Of a stretch of DNA of 48,508 nucleotides, positions 25,892 to 37,406 are shown in pieces. The notes under the pieces are model-generated. The model was not told the DNA's origin. It made no database searches and saw only the letters and a list, made by a program, of their open reading frames with translations. The stretch is from contig JBAXPY010000001.1 of the NCBI GenBank assembly GCA_037132035.1, forward strand, positions 1-48,508. The letters are read 5' to 3'. Numbering within the stretch: the first letter of the stretch is position 1; the number at the start of each line of letters is the position of its first letter. Origin of the DNA: Candidatus Moraniibacteriota bacterium (lineage in GTDB: Bacteria; Patescibacteriota; Minisyncoccia; Moranbacterales; UBA2206). The position numbers and the translations under genes are program-made.

Positions 25892-26677
25892 ATGCTTATC
25901 ATTTTTTTTCTTTTCGGTCTGATTATTGGCAGCTTTCTCAATGTTGTTGTTTATCGTATTCGCACGGCAGAAACTATAATGGGGCGCTCCCATTGTCGAC
26001 AATGCAAAAAAACTATCCGCTGGTATGATAATATCCCGGTTTTGAGTTTTGTCCTTCTGAAATTTAAGTGTCGTGATTGTGGAGAAAAGATTTCTTGGCA
26101 GTATCCTCTAGTGGAGTTGCTCACGGGCGTTGTTTTTGCGCTTTTGGCAAATCAATACTTTATTCTAGGAAATCCTGCTACCTGGCTTATCACTGGTGTG
26201 ATGCTTGCTCTTGCTAGTGCGCTCTTGGTAATTTTCATCTATGATATTTTGTACATGGAAATTCCCAATTTGATTCTTTGGCCAGCGATCATTTTGGCTT
26301 TAATTTTCAATTTCTATCTTGATTTTGGACAAATATTTTCAACTGTCTGGGAGCGAATGTCAGTTTCCGGGATTATGGCTGGCGGAGGCGCATTTTTGTT
26401 TTTTTTCTCCTTGTCCTATTTTTCAAAGGAAAAATGGATGGGAATGGGTGATGCCTATCTCGTCGTTCTCCTTGGGCTCATTTTGGGTTGGCCAAGAATT
26501 CTTCTCGGGCTTTTTCTGGCTTTTGCGATTGGCGCTATTTATGGTATAATTCTTATTGGGATGAAGAAGAAGGAGATGAAGAGTCAGCTTCCCTTTGCTC
26601 CGTTTTTGATTATTGGGACATTTTTTGCTCTTTTTTACTACGCTCCCATCGTGGGTTGGTATCTGAGTCTATTTTAG
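25892..26677 (+). CDS. pilD: Prepilin peptidase/N-methyltransferase PilD (A24 family)
   Basis: GSFLNVVVYR, CRQC...CRDC zinc-like pairs, WQYPLVELLTG, GMGDAYL. Confidence 0.9.
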   Translation: MLIIFFLFGLIIGSFLNVVVYRIRTAETIMGRSHCRQCKKTIRWYDNIPVLSFVLLKFKCRDCGEKISWQYPLVELLTGVVFALLANQYFILGNPATWLITGVMLALASALLVIFIYDILYMEIPNLILWPAIILALIFNFYLDFGQIFSTVWERMSVSGIMAGGGAFLFFFSLSYFSKEKWMGMGDAYLVVLLGLILGWPRILLGLFLAFAIGAIYGIILIGMKKKEMKSQLPFAPFLIIGTFFALFYYAPIVGWYLSLF

Positions 26678-26689
26678 TATTATTTATCT

Positions 26690-27232
26690 ATGACTGGTAA
26701 TTTGTTTTCGAAAAAAAAAGTGACACATGAAGACGAGCCTGTTTATGACGCAGTTATTTCGGGCAGGCAAGGATTTACAATTCTAGAACTGATTGTGATT
26801 ATTGCTGTTGTCACTATAATCACTGCAATGTCTTGGAGTGCGCTGAGTGGTATGAAAAATAGGGCGAGTATTAATAATGCTTGTGGGCAGGTGTCGGCGA
26901 TGATTAATAAAACGCGAAATTATGCTTTGTCCGGGAAAATGGTTGGCGGGGCTGGCGGTAGCGTTCCATCATCTTTCTCGGTGGCTGTGAATGGCTCTGT
27001 TATACAAATCTCGTCTAACCCTGTTGGCTTAAGCGAATCATTTGCTATTTCTGGTGGTGTTAACTGTTTCAGTATTGTCGGTGGAGTACCAGCTGGTCCT
27101 TGGTCTTCTGTGTATTCTACTCCCAATGCGGTTGGTGCCATTTCTCCTGCTAGTGCAACAGGTGTTCGTTGCCTTGGTCATGGAGGGAGTCGGGATGTGG
27201 AAGTTACGCCTTATCAGGCAATATGTAAATAG
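26690..27232 (+). CDS. Minor pilin/pseudopilin with a long leader
   Basis: ...ISGRQG|FTILELIVIIAVVTIITAM (G-1, F+1, E+5). Confidence 0.75.
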   Translation: MTGNLFSKKKVTHEDEPVYDAVISGRQGFTILELIVIIAVVTIITAMSWSALSGMKNRASINNACGQVSAMINKTRNYALSGKMVGGAGGSVPSSFSVAVNGSVIQISSNPVGLSESFAISGGVNCFSIVGGVPAGPWSSVYSTPNAVGAISPASATGVRCLGHGGSRDVEVTPYQAICK

Positions 27233-27259
27233 TTTTTTTGTTTGAATAAAAAATATAAA

Positions 27260-27826
27260 ATGCGAAAACGAGTTTTGGAAAATAAAAAAAACAGGTCTGG
27301 TTATATGCTCATTGAGGCAGTAATTGCTACTTTCATTGTGGGGATTGTGCTTGTTACATTTCTGACTGTAATGGCGGCTTCATATCGTACGGAATTTTCC
27401 AAGCGAGAGATTATCATCGCTTCGAATTTGGCTCAGGAGGGGATTGAAATCGTTAGAAATATTCGGGATAATAATTGGAAGACTTGTGGGGCGGGCGATC
27501 CTCCGTGTAATGATGGATTTAAGAGTCCTCCTTTTCCTGCGAATAATTCTGGTTTTTGTATTTTTTATAATTCTGATTTCAGTATCAACGCCCCAGTACT
27601 TGGTTGTGGTGGGGCAATTTTATGTAGAAATAATACTACCGGTTTTTATAGTAACGCATGCGGAGTAGGAACGACAGCAACAAAGTTTAAGCGAAATATT
27701 ACTATTAGTAATGGACCATCTATTCCTCTTACAGATTCAAGGACAATAACTAGCATAGTGACATGGGGTAGCAGTAATACTCTAACCATGACCGATACTA
27801 TTTATTCATGGGGAAATATAGAATAA
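27260..27826 (+). CDS. Minor pilin (PilV-like position)
   Basis: MRKRVLENKKNRSG|YMLIEAVIATFIVGIVLV. The ORF track starts at TTG 27242. Confidence 0.7.
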   Translation: MRKRVLENKKNRSGYMLIEAVIATFIVGIVLVTFLTVMAASYRTEFSKREIIIASNLAQEGIEIVRNIRDNNWKTCGAGDPPCNDGFKSPPFPANNSGFCIFYNSDFSINAPVLGCGGAILCRNNTTGFYSNACGVGTTATKFKRNITISNGPSIPLTDSRTITSIVTWGSSNTLTMTDTIYSWGNIE

Positions 27827-28398
27827 TGCAAAAAGCTAACATGAAAAATATTTTAAATAAAAACAAAAAATACCCTACTGCTTGCAACGTCAACGCTTTG
27901 ATTGAGCCTGCGGGAAGACGAGGGTTGACGTTTATTGAGCTGCTCGTTGCCGTTGCTATTATGAGCATTTTAACCATGACGATTGTGGCTGTTGCTATTG
28001 CTTTCCTCAATAATCGCACGGCAGTTAAGAGGTATCAGGCTAATAATGAAGAGTTATCTCTAGCTTTGAATTCTTTGGCAAAAGATATTCGTATGAGTGA
28101 TTTTAATGTGGTACCAGCATTGGGTAGCTCCATAAGCAGTATCAATTTGAAAAACAATGCTACTGGAAATGTTGTCGTTTATACATTTAACGCTGGATCT
28201 CCCGCAACGCTTTCAAGAGCTGAAATTATATCGGGAGTGACAACAACCTATGTGGTCGCAAGTGATGTAACGGGAAGTTTTTTTGTGAGAGGAACTAAGA
28301 TTGGCAGGATTACAACAGTACTTGTGAAAGCCGGTCCTCCGGGGATGACAGCGCAGACGACTGTTTCGATGCGAGCTAAGTATAAGGATGAAAATTAA
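27826..28398 (+). CDS. Minor pilin (PilW-like position)
   Basis: ...PAGRRG|LTFIELLVAVAIMSIL. ATG 27826 overlaps the upstream stop (TAATG); the ORF track alternative start is 27808. Confidence 0.7.
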   Translation: MQKANMKNILNKNKKYPTACNVNALIEPAGRRGLTFIELLVAVAIMSILTMTIVAVAIAFLNNRTAVKRYQANNEELSLALNSLAKDIRMSDFNVVPALGSSISSINLKNNATGNVVVYTFNAGSPATLSRAEIISGVTTTYVVASDVTGSFFVRGTKIGRITTVLVKAGPPGMTAQTTVSMRAKYKDEN

Positions 28399-31297
28399 GA
28401 GGATTTTTAGTAATAATTTTGAAAAAATGAAGATTCAAAAAAACAAACGAGGAAGTTTCATGATTGGGGTGCTGATCATGCTTTTGGTGGTTTCAGCGAT
28501 TTCAATCGCGATTGTCAATCGCGCAATTCAAGGAACGACCCTTGCGCTTGATTCAAAAAAAGGCTATAGCGCCTATCAGGCTTCAGACACTGCTGCGGAA
28601 GCTTTTTTGAATAATCTGAAGGCATTGGACAATGAGCTAGCCGCAAGGATTCCGGAAAATGCGGTGTATAACGAGATGGGTTTTTGTGACGGGAGTGTTA
28701 TAAAATGTTTTGATGCATCTCCTGTGCCATTGCAAGTCACCGCTGGTCATCTTTCGGACGTGTATAAGCTCCAAAGTCAAAGCAACGATCCTAGCAATGG
28801 CTTGAATCGCAAAATTCAAGCGGATTTGAGTGATCGAATCAATAGTGGATTGGGAAGTAATAATTTTACTGTAGCAAGTTGTGGGAGTGGTCCCACTACT
28901 TCTTGCACATGGAATAAATGTGATATAAAGCTGACCGTCGTTCCCAATGGTGACCCAGTTATAGTGAAAAAAATTAAAGATTATGAAGTGAGAAGGTCGA
29001 TGCAGGGTAGTCTAAAGGCTGGTCATATTATTCCCAACAATGGCTGGTGGATAACAACGAATAGGGATGCTTCCGATGTATTTGTTCCGTTCAGATTAGC
29101 CACAGCGCCAGATGATAGTAAGATACTTAAAAACGGAGACTACAATCTTTCAGGAGGAAGCTTTCCTGCTGATGGTTCGGCCACATCTGGCGGACAATAT
29201 GGTAGGGATTATTTTTTCACAATCAAAGCAAGAAATAAATATCCATTGAGCCTTGATTCGCTTTATTTGGATACGAGTGGAACTGGAGCCGGAACAACAG
29301 ATAAGAAGGTGACGATTGACTCGACCTTTGATTGTGACGTAGCAGGCGGTTCTTTAGGTGGACTTAAGTGTGTCAAGTTCTGTGCTAACCCCGGGCAAGT
29401 TAATTGTCAACCGGTGGGAACTATAACAGCGACAGAACAATATAATTGTTGTAATGGTACGGAGTGTTTTCAGCCTGATCCTAATTGGACGCCGCAATTG
29501 CCAGAGGAAAATTGTGCGCTTCAAAAATGTGTTAACAGAGAGGGCTATTTAACTGCTTCTTCTACGTTCAAAGATCCGGTTACTGACACTGTGGGAATTG
29601 GTGTCGCTGCTGGTAGTGGGGTGGCATCAGGGGCTAACGAGGGAATTACTACTGGGCTTGGCTGGTGTAAGACAGCGCAGAATTGTGTTCCTGGGGATGC
29701 TTGTTTGCATCCATATCGAACGGTGGGGTATTGTTCGGATTGTCCCGATCCGTCTGATGGCTCTGTTCTGTTCCTAAAACTCAATCCTAGCTCATGGTCG
29801 GAAAAGAATACAATAGATGTCGATATGAATCCAGCTAATGGGCGCTATCAAGGAGTGTCATTTACCTCTCCAACTGAGTTATCCAAACCCCGATGTTGCA
29901 AGCAGGAATGTCCACTTCAGTCTGGTTTGCCAGCTACGATTGTGGCTGATCCGGATGCATATTGCGCGCTGAATCCTTTTAAGAAGGCTTCTTGGAATAC
30001 GACAGCTACGAGTTGCGCAAATACTAATAATTGCGGGCCATATGCTATAACAAAGAGATGTAATTTAACGTGTGCGGCAAATTATAATCCTTTTGTTGAT
30101 GGTGCTGCTGACCCTGAATATCCGAGTGGTAAGTGTTGTTCTGAAACTTGTCCTTCTGCAAACCCTCCATTCGTATCTCATGATACGCCGACTGTTACGG
30201 AGGGAGCGTGTAGTTATATATTACCCGCTCATGGAACGAGTTGGACTAATACTAGCATTTGTGCGTCAGATACAAATTGTGCAGCAGCGGGTGTTCCTGG
30301 CTATGACGTTACGGAGCGTTGTAGTTTAGTTTGCGATAATGGTTCTGGAAAGTATGGCGTTACGAATGCTGATCATTTTGTTGATCCTGACAAGGCTTGC
30401 TGTTTTCATAAATGCTCGGACTGGACTGAACCAGCTTGTACCCAGGCTATCCCGGACCATAGTACTCGTATTGGCAAATATTCCTGTACTCCTCAGACTT
30501 GTGGTGAGTATAGTATAACTAATAATTGTGACTTTGCGTGTGATCTTAACTATACTCGTTCAGGTGCAACTTGCGTTCCTAACACTCGATCTGCAAATTG
30601 CTTCTCTCAGCCTTCAAATACCGTCTGGAATACCACTTCAACATTCACTCAGACATGGAACGGGCATACGGCTGCATGGGAGCCTGCCACTAAGACTGCT
30701 GTGTATGATATAAATCCGACGGCAGGTGACTGTCATGTGAAGTGTGCTGTCAATTATACCCCGGACGCATGGAACAATTGTATCGGTAGCACCCAAACAT
30801 ATACTTGTTCTAAGCCGGCTAATTCGGATGGGAACCCAGCTTCTTATACCCAGACTTGGTCTGGATCTTGGGTTCCTGCTGATGACCCTTGGCCGAGACA
30901 TAGTGATACGGCATGTAGTGGAGAATGTTGTTACAAATGTAATGCTACATCTACTTGGGATTCGTTGAGTGGTACTTGTGATGCTGCTGCTACTGCTTCT
31001 TGCACATATTCTTTTAATCTAAGTACTATCACTACAAGTCAAAGTGTTGGTTATTCTTGGTCATCCACAGCCGTGTTGGGGCTAAAATCGTCGTGCTTTA
31101 AACGCACTTTTGCTCCCCTTGTTGATACACTGCAGGGTATTCCTAAAATAATGGCTTCGCTTAATGGGAGCGCCACTGTACCTGCTGGACTGTCCGTTGG
31201 TACTTATTGGTGTCAGCTGGATGCATATTCTAATGCCCTATGTACTGGTACACCGGTTACTACGTGTTATACTAATCAGTTAACCGTTACTAATTAG
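28388..31297 (+). CDS. 969-aa PilX-N-like anchored, Cys-rich putative pilus-tip adhesin
   Basis: N-terminal KNKRGSFMIGVLIMLLVVSAISIAIV (PilX_N-like hydrophobic segment without canonical G|F..E). Last gene of the minor-pilin operon. The C-terminal 600 aa carry repeated C.[LFV].C..NY...C and TQTW.G.W.P modules. Confidence 0.6.
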   Translation: MKIKRIFSNNFEKMKIQKNKRGSFMIGVLIMLLVVSAISIAIVNRAIQGTTLALDSKKGYSAYQASDTAAEAFLNNLKALDNELAARIPENAVYNEMGFCDGSVIKCFDASPVPLQVTAGHLSDVYKLQSQSNDPSNGLNRKIQADLSDRINSGLGSNNFTVASCGSGPTTSCTWNKCDIKLTVVPNGDPVIVKKIKDYEVRRSMQGSLKAGHIIPNNGWWITTNRDASDVFVPFRLATAPDDSKILKNGDYNLSGGSFPADGSATSGGQYGRDYFFTIKARNKYPLSLDSLYLDTSGTGAGTTDKKVTIDSTFDCDVAGGSLGGLKCVKFCANPGQVNCQPVGTITATEQYNCCNGTECFQPDPNWTPQLPEENCALQKCVNREGYLTASSTFKDPVTDTVGIGVAAGSGVASGANEGITTGLGWCKTAQNCVPGDACLHPYRTVGYCSDCPDPSDGSVLFLKLNPSSWSEKNTIDVDMNPANGRYQGVSFTSPTELSKPRCCKQECPLQSGLPATIVADPDAYCALNPFKKASWNTTATSCANTNNCGPYAITKRCNLTCAANYNPFVDGAADPEYPSGKCCSETCPSANPPFVSHDTPTVTEGACSYILPAHGTSWTNTSICASDTNCAAAGVPGYDVTERCSLVCDNGSGKYGVTNADHFVDPDKACCFHKCSDWTEPACTQAIPDHSTRIGKYSCTPQTCGEYSITNNCDFACDLNYTRSGATCVPNTRSANCFSQPSNTVWNTTSTFTQTWNGHTAAWEPATKTAVYDINPTAGDCHVKCAVNYTPDAWNNCIGSTQTYTCSKPANSDGNPASYTQTWSGSWVPADDPWPRHSDTACSGECCYKCNATSTWDSLSGTCDAAATASCTYSFNLSTITTSQSVGYSWSSTAVLGLKSSCFKRTFAPLVDTLQGIPKIMASLNGSATVPAGLSVGTYWCQLDAYSNALCTGTPVTTCYTNQLTVTN

Positions 31298-31321
31298 CTA
31301 GTTTTAAGTTAAATTATAAAA

Positions 31322-32542
31322 ATGATACAAATTAAATCAAATCAAAAGTTACTTGCTTTCGTTGGGTTATTTTTGGTTTTTGCCTTGGTGTTAACTGGGT
31401 TATTCGAACTTAAAAAAGGGACTTTATTTAGAGCTGGAAATGGCCGAGAAAAGGGGCGTGCTATTGCCTTTCCGAAGGATGTTTCTTTTGTGCGCTTTGT
31501 CGGCAATGAGCCACACCTGATTAGTGATGGAAAAGACGTTGGAGGATTGGCTAATCGATATTTTGAGTTTTCCAATGGAAGACTGGTTTTTGAAAGAGAT
31601 GTTGACGGTGAGAACCACGTTTTTTTTAACGGAAAAGATGTTGGTGTGGGTTTTAGATCGATGATCTCAGCTGATAATCTAGCTTTTTATCGTAAGGTTG
31701 GTGATGATACTCATCTGATTTATAATGATATTGACCTGGGAACTGTTTTTATCACGGAAAACTATTATTCAGCTAGGATTGCTGGTAGCAATATCGCTTA
31801 TGAGAAGCTAGTTGATGGCGTGATTCATGTTATCTATAATAATAAAGATTTGGGCGATGGTCATGGTTTTGTTTTGTCGGAAGATGGAAATGATATTGCG
31901 TTTGAACGCGATAGCGATAAGGGTGGTGTGGTTATTTACAAGGGAAACATTTTTGCTCCTGGGGCCCGGATTTATGCCGTGAGTAACGGTTCGGTCTGGT
32001 ATGCATCAGCAGCATCTTCTTCTATTTTTTCTTCGACTTCTTCTGATGGTATTGCCGGTCTGTCGGGTATTTCAAAAAATGGTGAAAAGATAGGCGAAGG
32101 CATCGGTTTTAGTTGTCTTGAAAAAAAATGTGCCTATCAAACAATCGTGGGGGGTAAGTTGCATTTTATCTATGACGGAAAAGATTTTGGTGAGATTTGG
32201 AATATTGGCGATGCCTTTGGGATTGCAAAGAACAATTTTTTCTTCATGCGATTAAATGAGGCTGGTGAGACCATTGTTGTGCATAATGGAAAAGAATTGG
32301 GCGTAGGCTCTGATCCGGTGATTGGGGATGAAGGTTTCGCTTATGTTAAAAAGGTTGATGGTAAAAAACATGTGATTTATAATGAAAAAGATTTAGGTGA
32401 AGGGGTCAAGCCGATTATTTCTACCGATGGGAAGAGTATCGCTTTTGTGCGAGAGGTTGATGGAAAAAAACATGTCTTCGTGGGAGCGGATGATTTGGGT
32501 GAAATTGGTGGCGATGAGCTTTTTTTGAAGTTTTCTAATTAG
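31322..32542 (+). CDS. N-terminally anchored repeat protein (~9 x ~40-aa units, beta-propeller-like)
   Basis: TM LLAFVGLFLVFALVLTGLF. Repeats of the form [FY].[RK].VDG..HV[IF]YN.KDLG.G. Confidence 0.6.
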   Translation: MIQIKSNQKLLAFVGLFLVFALVLTGLFELKKGTLFRAGNGREKGRAIAFPKDVSFVRFVGNEPHLISDGKDVGGLANRYFEFSNGRLVFERDVDGENHVFFNGKDVGVGFRSMISADNLAFYRKVGDDTHLIYNDIDLGTVFITENYYSARIAGSNIAYEKLVDGVIHVIYNNKDLGDGHGFVLSEDGNDIAFERDSDKGGVVIYKGNIFAPGARIYAVSNGSVWYASAASSSIFSSTSSDGIAGLSGISKNGEKIGEGIGFSCLEKKCAYQTIVGGKLHFIYDGKDFGEIWNIGDAFGIAKNNFFFMRLNEAGETIVVHNGKELGVGSDPVIGDEGFAYVKKVDGKKHVIYNEKDLGEGVKPIISTDGKSIAFVREVDGKKHVFVGADDLGEIGGDELFLKFSN

Positions 32543-32556
32543 AAATTGATTGATAG

Positions 32557-34740
<2,184 letters not shown>

Positions 34741-34756
34741 GCTTAGAATTAATATT

Positions 34757-35038
34757 ATGTTAAGCGCGGAAGAGGTAAAACATATTGCAGCTTTGGCTCG
34801 CGTGGGCTTGGAAGAGAAGGAGATTGAAAAATTTTCCCATGATTTGTCGTCTATTTTAGATTGGATAGCTCAGCTGGAAGAAGTTGATGTTACTGGAGTT
34901 CTCCCGACGGCGCATATTACAGGAATGAATGATGTTTCCAGAGGAGATCGGCTGGAAAGTTTCGCAAATAGAGAAAAAATTGTTGAATTGTTTCCAGAAA
35001 GTAAGAATGGGTATGATAAGGTTAAAAGCGTTTTGTAG
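34757..35038 (+). CDS. gatC: Asp/Glu-tRNA amidotransferase subunit C
   Basis: 93 aa. EEVKHIAALARVGLEEKEIEKF...LDWIAQLEEVD. Confidence 0.88.
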   Translation: MLSAEEVKHIAALARVGLEEKEIEKFSHDLSSILDWIAQLEEVDVTGVLPTAHITGMNDVSRGDRLESFANREKIVELFPESKNGYDKVKSVL

Positions 35039-35041
35039 CCC

Positions 35042-35149
35042 CTACGAATTACGAAAAAATACGAATGTACTAATGTGAGTTGAGCTAAATCTAACTTTAT
35101 TTAGTACTCGAATTTTATTCGTACATTCGTACAAATTCGTAATTCGTAG
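35042..35149. repeat. 108-nt palindromic (long-hairpin) element filling the gatC-gatA spacer
   Basis: CTACGAATTACGAA...ACGAATGTAC pairs with GTACATTCGT...TTCGTAATTCGTAG. Inner pairs are GTACTAA/TTAGTAC and CTAAAT/ATTTAG. Built from TACGAA(T) units. Confidence 0.6.
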
Positions 35150-35158
35150 AGAACTGAC

Positions 35159-36613
35159 ATGATTAGAGAACTCCACAATAAATTAATATCAGGTGAAATC
35201 ACTTCAGTAAAATTAACGGAAGACTATTTTGACGTGATTGAAAAAAAAGACAAAGATATCTTTGCTTATTTGACTTTGACTAAAGACTTGGCTTTGGAGC
35301 AGGCGCGAAAAGTGGACGCAAAAATTGCTCGAGGTGAAAAAATTGAACTCTTGGAGGGAATTCCAGGGGCAATCAAGGATAATCTTTGTATTTCTGGTGT
35401 GAGAACAACAGCTGCTTCTAAGATTTTAGATAGCTACATTGCGCCTTATGACGCGACGGTAATTGAAAGATTGAAAGAAGTTGGGGCGGTATTTTTGGGA
35501 AAAACGAATCTGGACGAATTTGCTATGGGATCATCGACAGAAAATAGTGCATATGGTGTTACAAAAAATCCGCTAGATTTAACTCGTGTTTCTGGTGGTT
35601 CATCTGGTGGTTCGGCGGCAGCGGTAGCGGCTGGCGAGGCTGTCTGGGCATTAGGGACGGATACGGGTGGTTCAATTCGTGAGCCGGCTTCTTTTTGCGG
35701 AGTAGTCGGTTTGAAGCCGACCTATGGTCGCGTTTCGCGCTATGGAGCAATTGCGATGGCGTCAAGCCTTGACCAGATTGGACCGCTGACAAAAAGCGTG
35801 GAAGATGCAGCGATTGTGCTTAGTGCGATTGCCGGACAGGACAAGATGGACGCTACTTCTGCTCATAGCTCGGGAAAGGATTATACCAAATATCTGACCG
35901 GAGAAGTCCAGGGGCTTAGGATTGGAATCGTGACTGAATATATTGATGGACTGGGTGAAAAAGAGAAGAAATCCATTCTTGAAGTTATTGAAACATACAA
36001 GAAATTAGGAGCGGAAATCATAGAGATTGAGTTGCCACATTCAAAGTATTCTCTGGCAATATACTATATCATTCAGCCTTGCGAAGTCAGCTCGAATTTG
36101 GCGAGATATGACGGAATAAGATATGGGCTTAATGTTGATGATGAGAAGGCCTCTGGTGTGAGGGAGGATGGCATGCCAAAGAAACTCTTGGAAACATATC
36201 TTGATTCTCGTCAATATGGTTTTGGCAGGGAAGTGAAGAGACGAATTATGCTTGGAACGTACGCACTTTCTTCTGGTTATTATGACGCCTATTATCTCAA
36301 AGCGCAAAAAGTGCGAACACTTATCAAAAAAGATTTCGAAAAAGCATTTGAAAAAGTTGATCTGGTTCTTGCTCCTACTGCGCCTACTCCCGCTTTCAAA
36401 ATAGGAGAAAAAACCCAAGACCCTTTGCAAATGTATTTGGCTGATATGTTTTCCATTACAGCTAATATTATTGGTGTGCCGGCTATTTCTGTTCCAGGGC
36501 CAGAGGTTGAAGTTGATGGGAAAAAACTTCCGTTTGGATTTCAATTAATGGCAAAATGGTTTGATGAAGAAAATATGTTGCGCGCGGCGCATGCTTATGA
36601 GATTAGTAAATAA
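35159..36613 (+). CDS. gatA: Asp/Glu-tRNA amidotransferase subunit A
   Basis: Amidase signature GGSSGGSAAAVAAG and DTGGSIR. Confidence 0.93.
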   Translation: MIRELHNKLISGEITSVKLTEDYFDVIEKKDKDIFAYLTLTKDLALEQARKVDAKIARGEKIELLEGIPGAIKDNLCISGVRTTAASKILDSYIAPYDATVIERLKEVGAVFLGKTNLDEFAMGSSTENSAYGVTKNPLDLTRVSGGSSGGSAAAVAAGEAVWALGTDTGGSIREPASFCGVVGLKPTYGRVSRYGAIAMASSLDQIGPLTKSVEDAAIVLSAIAGQDKMDATSAHSSGKDYTKYLTGEVQGLRIGIVTEYIDGLGEKEKKSILEVIETYKKLGAEIIEIELPHSKYSLAIYYIIQPCEVSSNLARYDGIRYGLNVDDEKASGVREDGMPKKLLETYLDSRQYGFGREVKRRIMLGTYALSSGYYDAYYLKAQKVRTLIKKDFEKAFEKVDLVLAPTAPTPAFKIGEKTQDPLQMYLADMFSITANIIGVPAISVPGPEVEVDGKKLPFGFQLMAKWFDEENMLRAAHAYEISK

Positions 36614-36659
36614 TTTTCGCTAAAATAAAAATTAAAAATTGGCGAAGAGTAGCTAAAAA

Positions 36660-37199
36660 ATGGACGTTTTTTTAGAAAATTTTATTAACGGGATATTATC
36701 TCTGGCAAAAGCGTTTCATGCTTCGCTTACTTTTTCTTTTTTGAAATTTTTTTTGGAAGTATATGTGATTGTGATGTTTATTGATCTGGCGTTGATGCTT
36801 AAGCAACGTGGCTTGGGCGCTGATATCCGTGACACGCTTGTGGGAATGAATATCCCGCCAGAGCTTGCATATAAAAAGGGAAAATTGCGTGTGAAGTGGG
36901 CTAAGGTAAAAAGAAGACTTGATAGCAAGAACGAATCGGATTATAAGGTGGCGATCATTGAAGCGGATAAGATTGTTGATGATCTTATCGCTGAGATGAA
37001 TTATAAGGGTGAGAATATGACTGAGCGCTTGGATAACATTACTCCTGGTCAAATCGATAATATCGAAGAATTGCGACATGCGCACGAGATTCGGAATCGT
37101 ATTATTCATGATGATAGTTTTGTTCTCACCAGGGAAGATGCGTTGAAGACATTTGATTGTTATGAAGAATTTTTGAGATTTTTCTTGGTGTTTGATTAG
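36660..37199 (+). CDS. Membrane-anchored protein with C-terminal HEPN-like (DUF4145-like) R-x4-H motif
   Basis: N-terminal hydrophobic segments. C-terminal ...ELRHAHEIRNRIIHD. Confidence 0.45.
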   Translation: MDVFLENFINGILSLAKAFHASLTFSFLKFFLEVYVIVMFIDLALMLKQRGLGADIRDTLVGMNIPPELAYKKGKLRVKWAKVKRRLDSKNESDYKVAIIEADKIVDDLIAEMNYKGENMTERLDNITPGQIDNIEELRHAHEIRNRIIHDDSFVLTREDALKTFDCYEEFLRFFLVFD

Positions 37200-37282
37200 T
37201 TTTTGGGAATAATTGACGTTTTGGATTTTTTGAGTTAGACTGAATAATAGTTTAGAAATTGTTAGGTGTAGCCTATTTTTTC

Positions 37283-37402
37283 TGTCATCCCCGCGAAGGC
37301 GGGGATCCAGTGGAGATACTTAGTTCAACGGTCAGTCTAAATACTGAGCAAATCTAGTTAAGTATGTTTTTGCACTAGATTCCCGCCTTCGCGGGAATGA
37401 CA
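37283..37402. repeat. Inverted pair of ~30-nt GC-rich palindromic repeats (MITE-like 120-bp unit) just upstream of tRNA-fMet
   Basis: TGTCATCCCCGCGAAGGCGGGGATCCAGTG (37283-37312) versus the reverse complement of 37373-37402, TGTCATTCCCGCGAAGGCGGGAATCTAGTG. Each contains an 8-bp stem/4-nt loop hairpin (37287-37306 and 37379-37398). Confidence 0.6.
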
Positions 37403-37406
37403 ACGA

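Noticed and set aside
37310-37372. Possible degenerate tRNA or tRNA-like structure between the two inverted palindromic repeats (TAGTTCAACGGTCAGTCTAAATACTGAG).
   Set aside because: I could not build a cloverleaf. The candidate anticodon loop has 6 nt, and no acceptor or T-arm is present.
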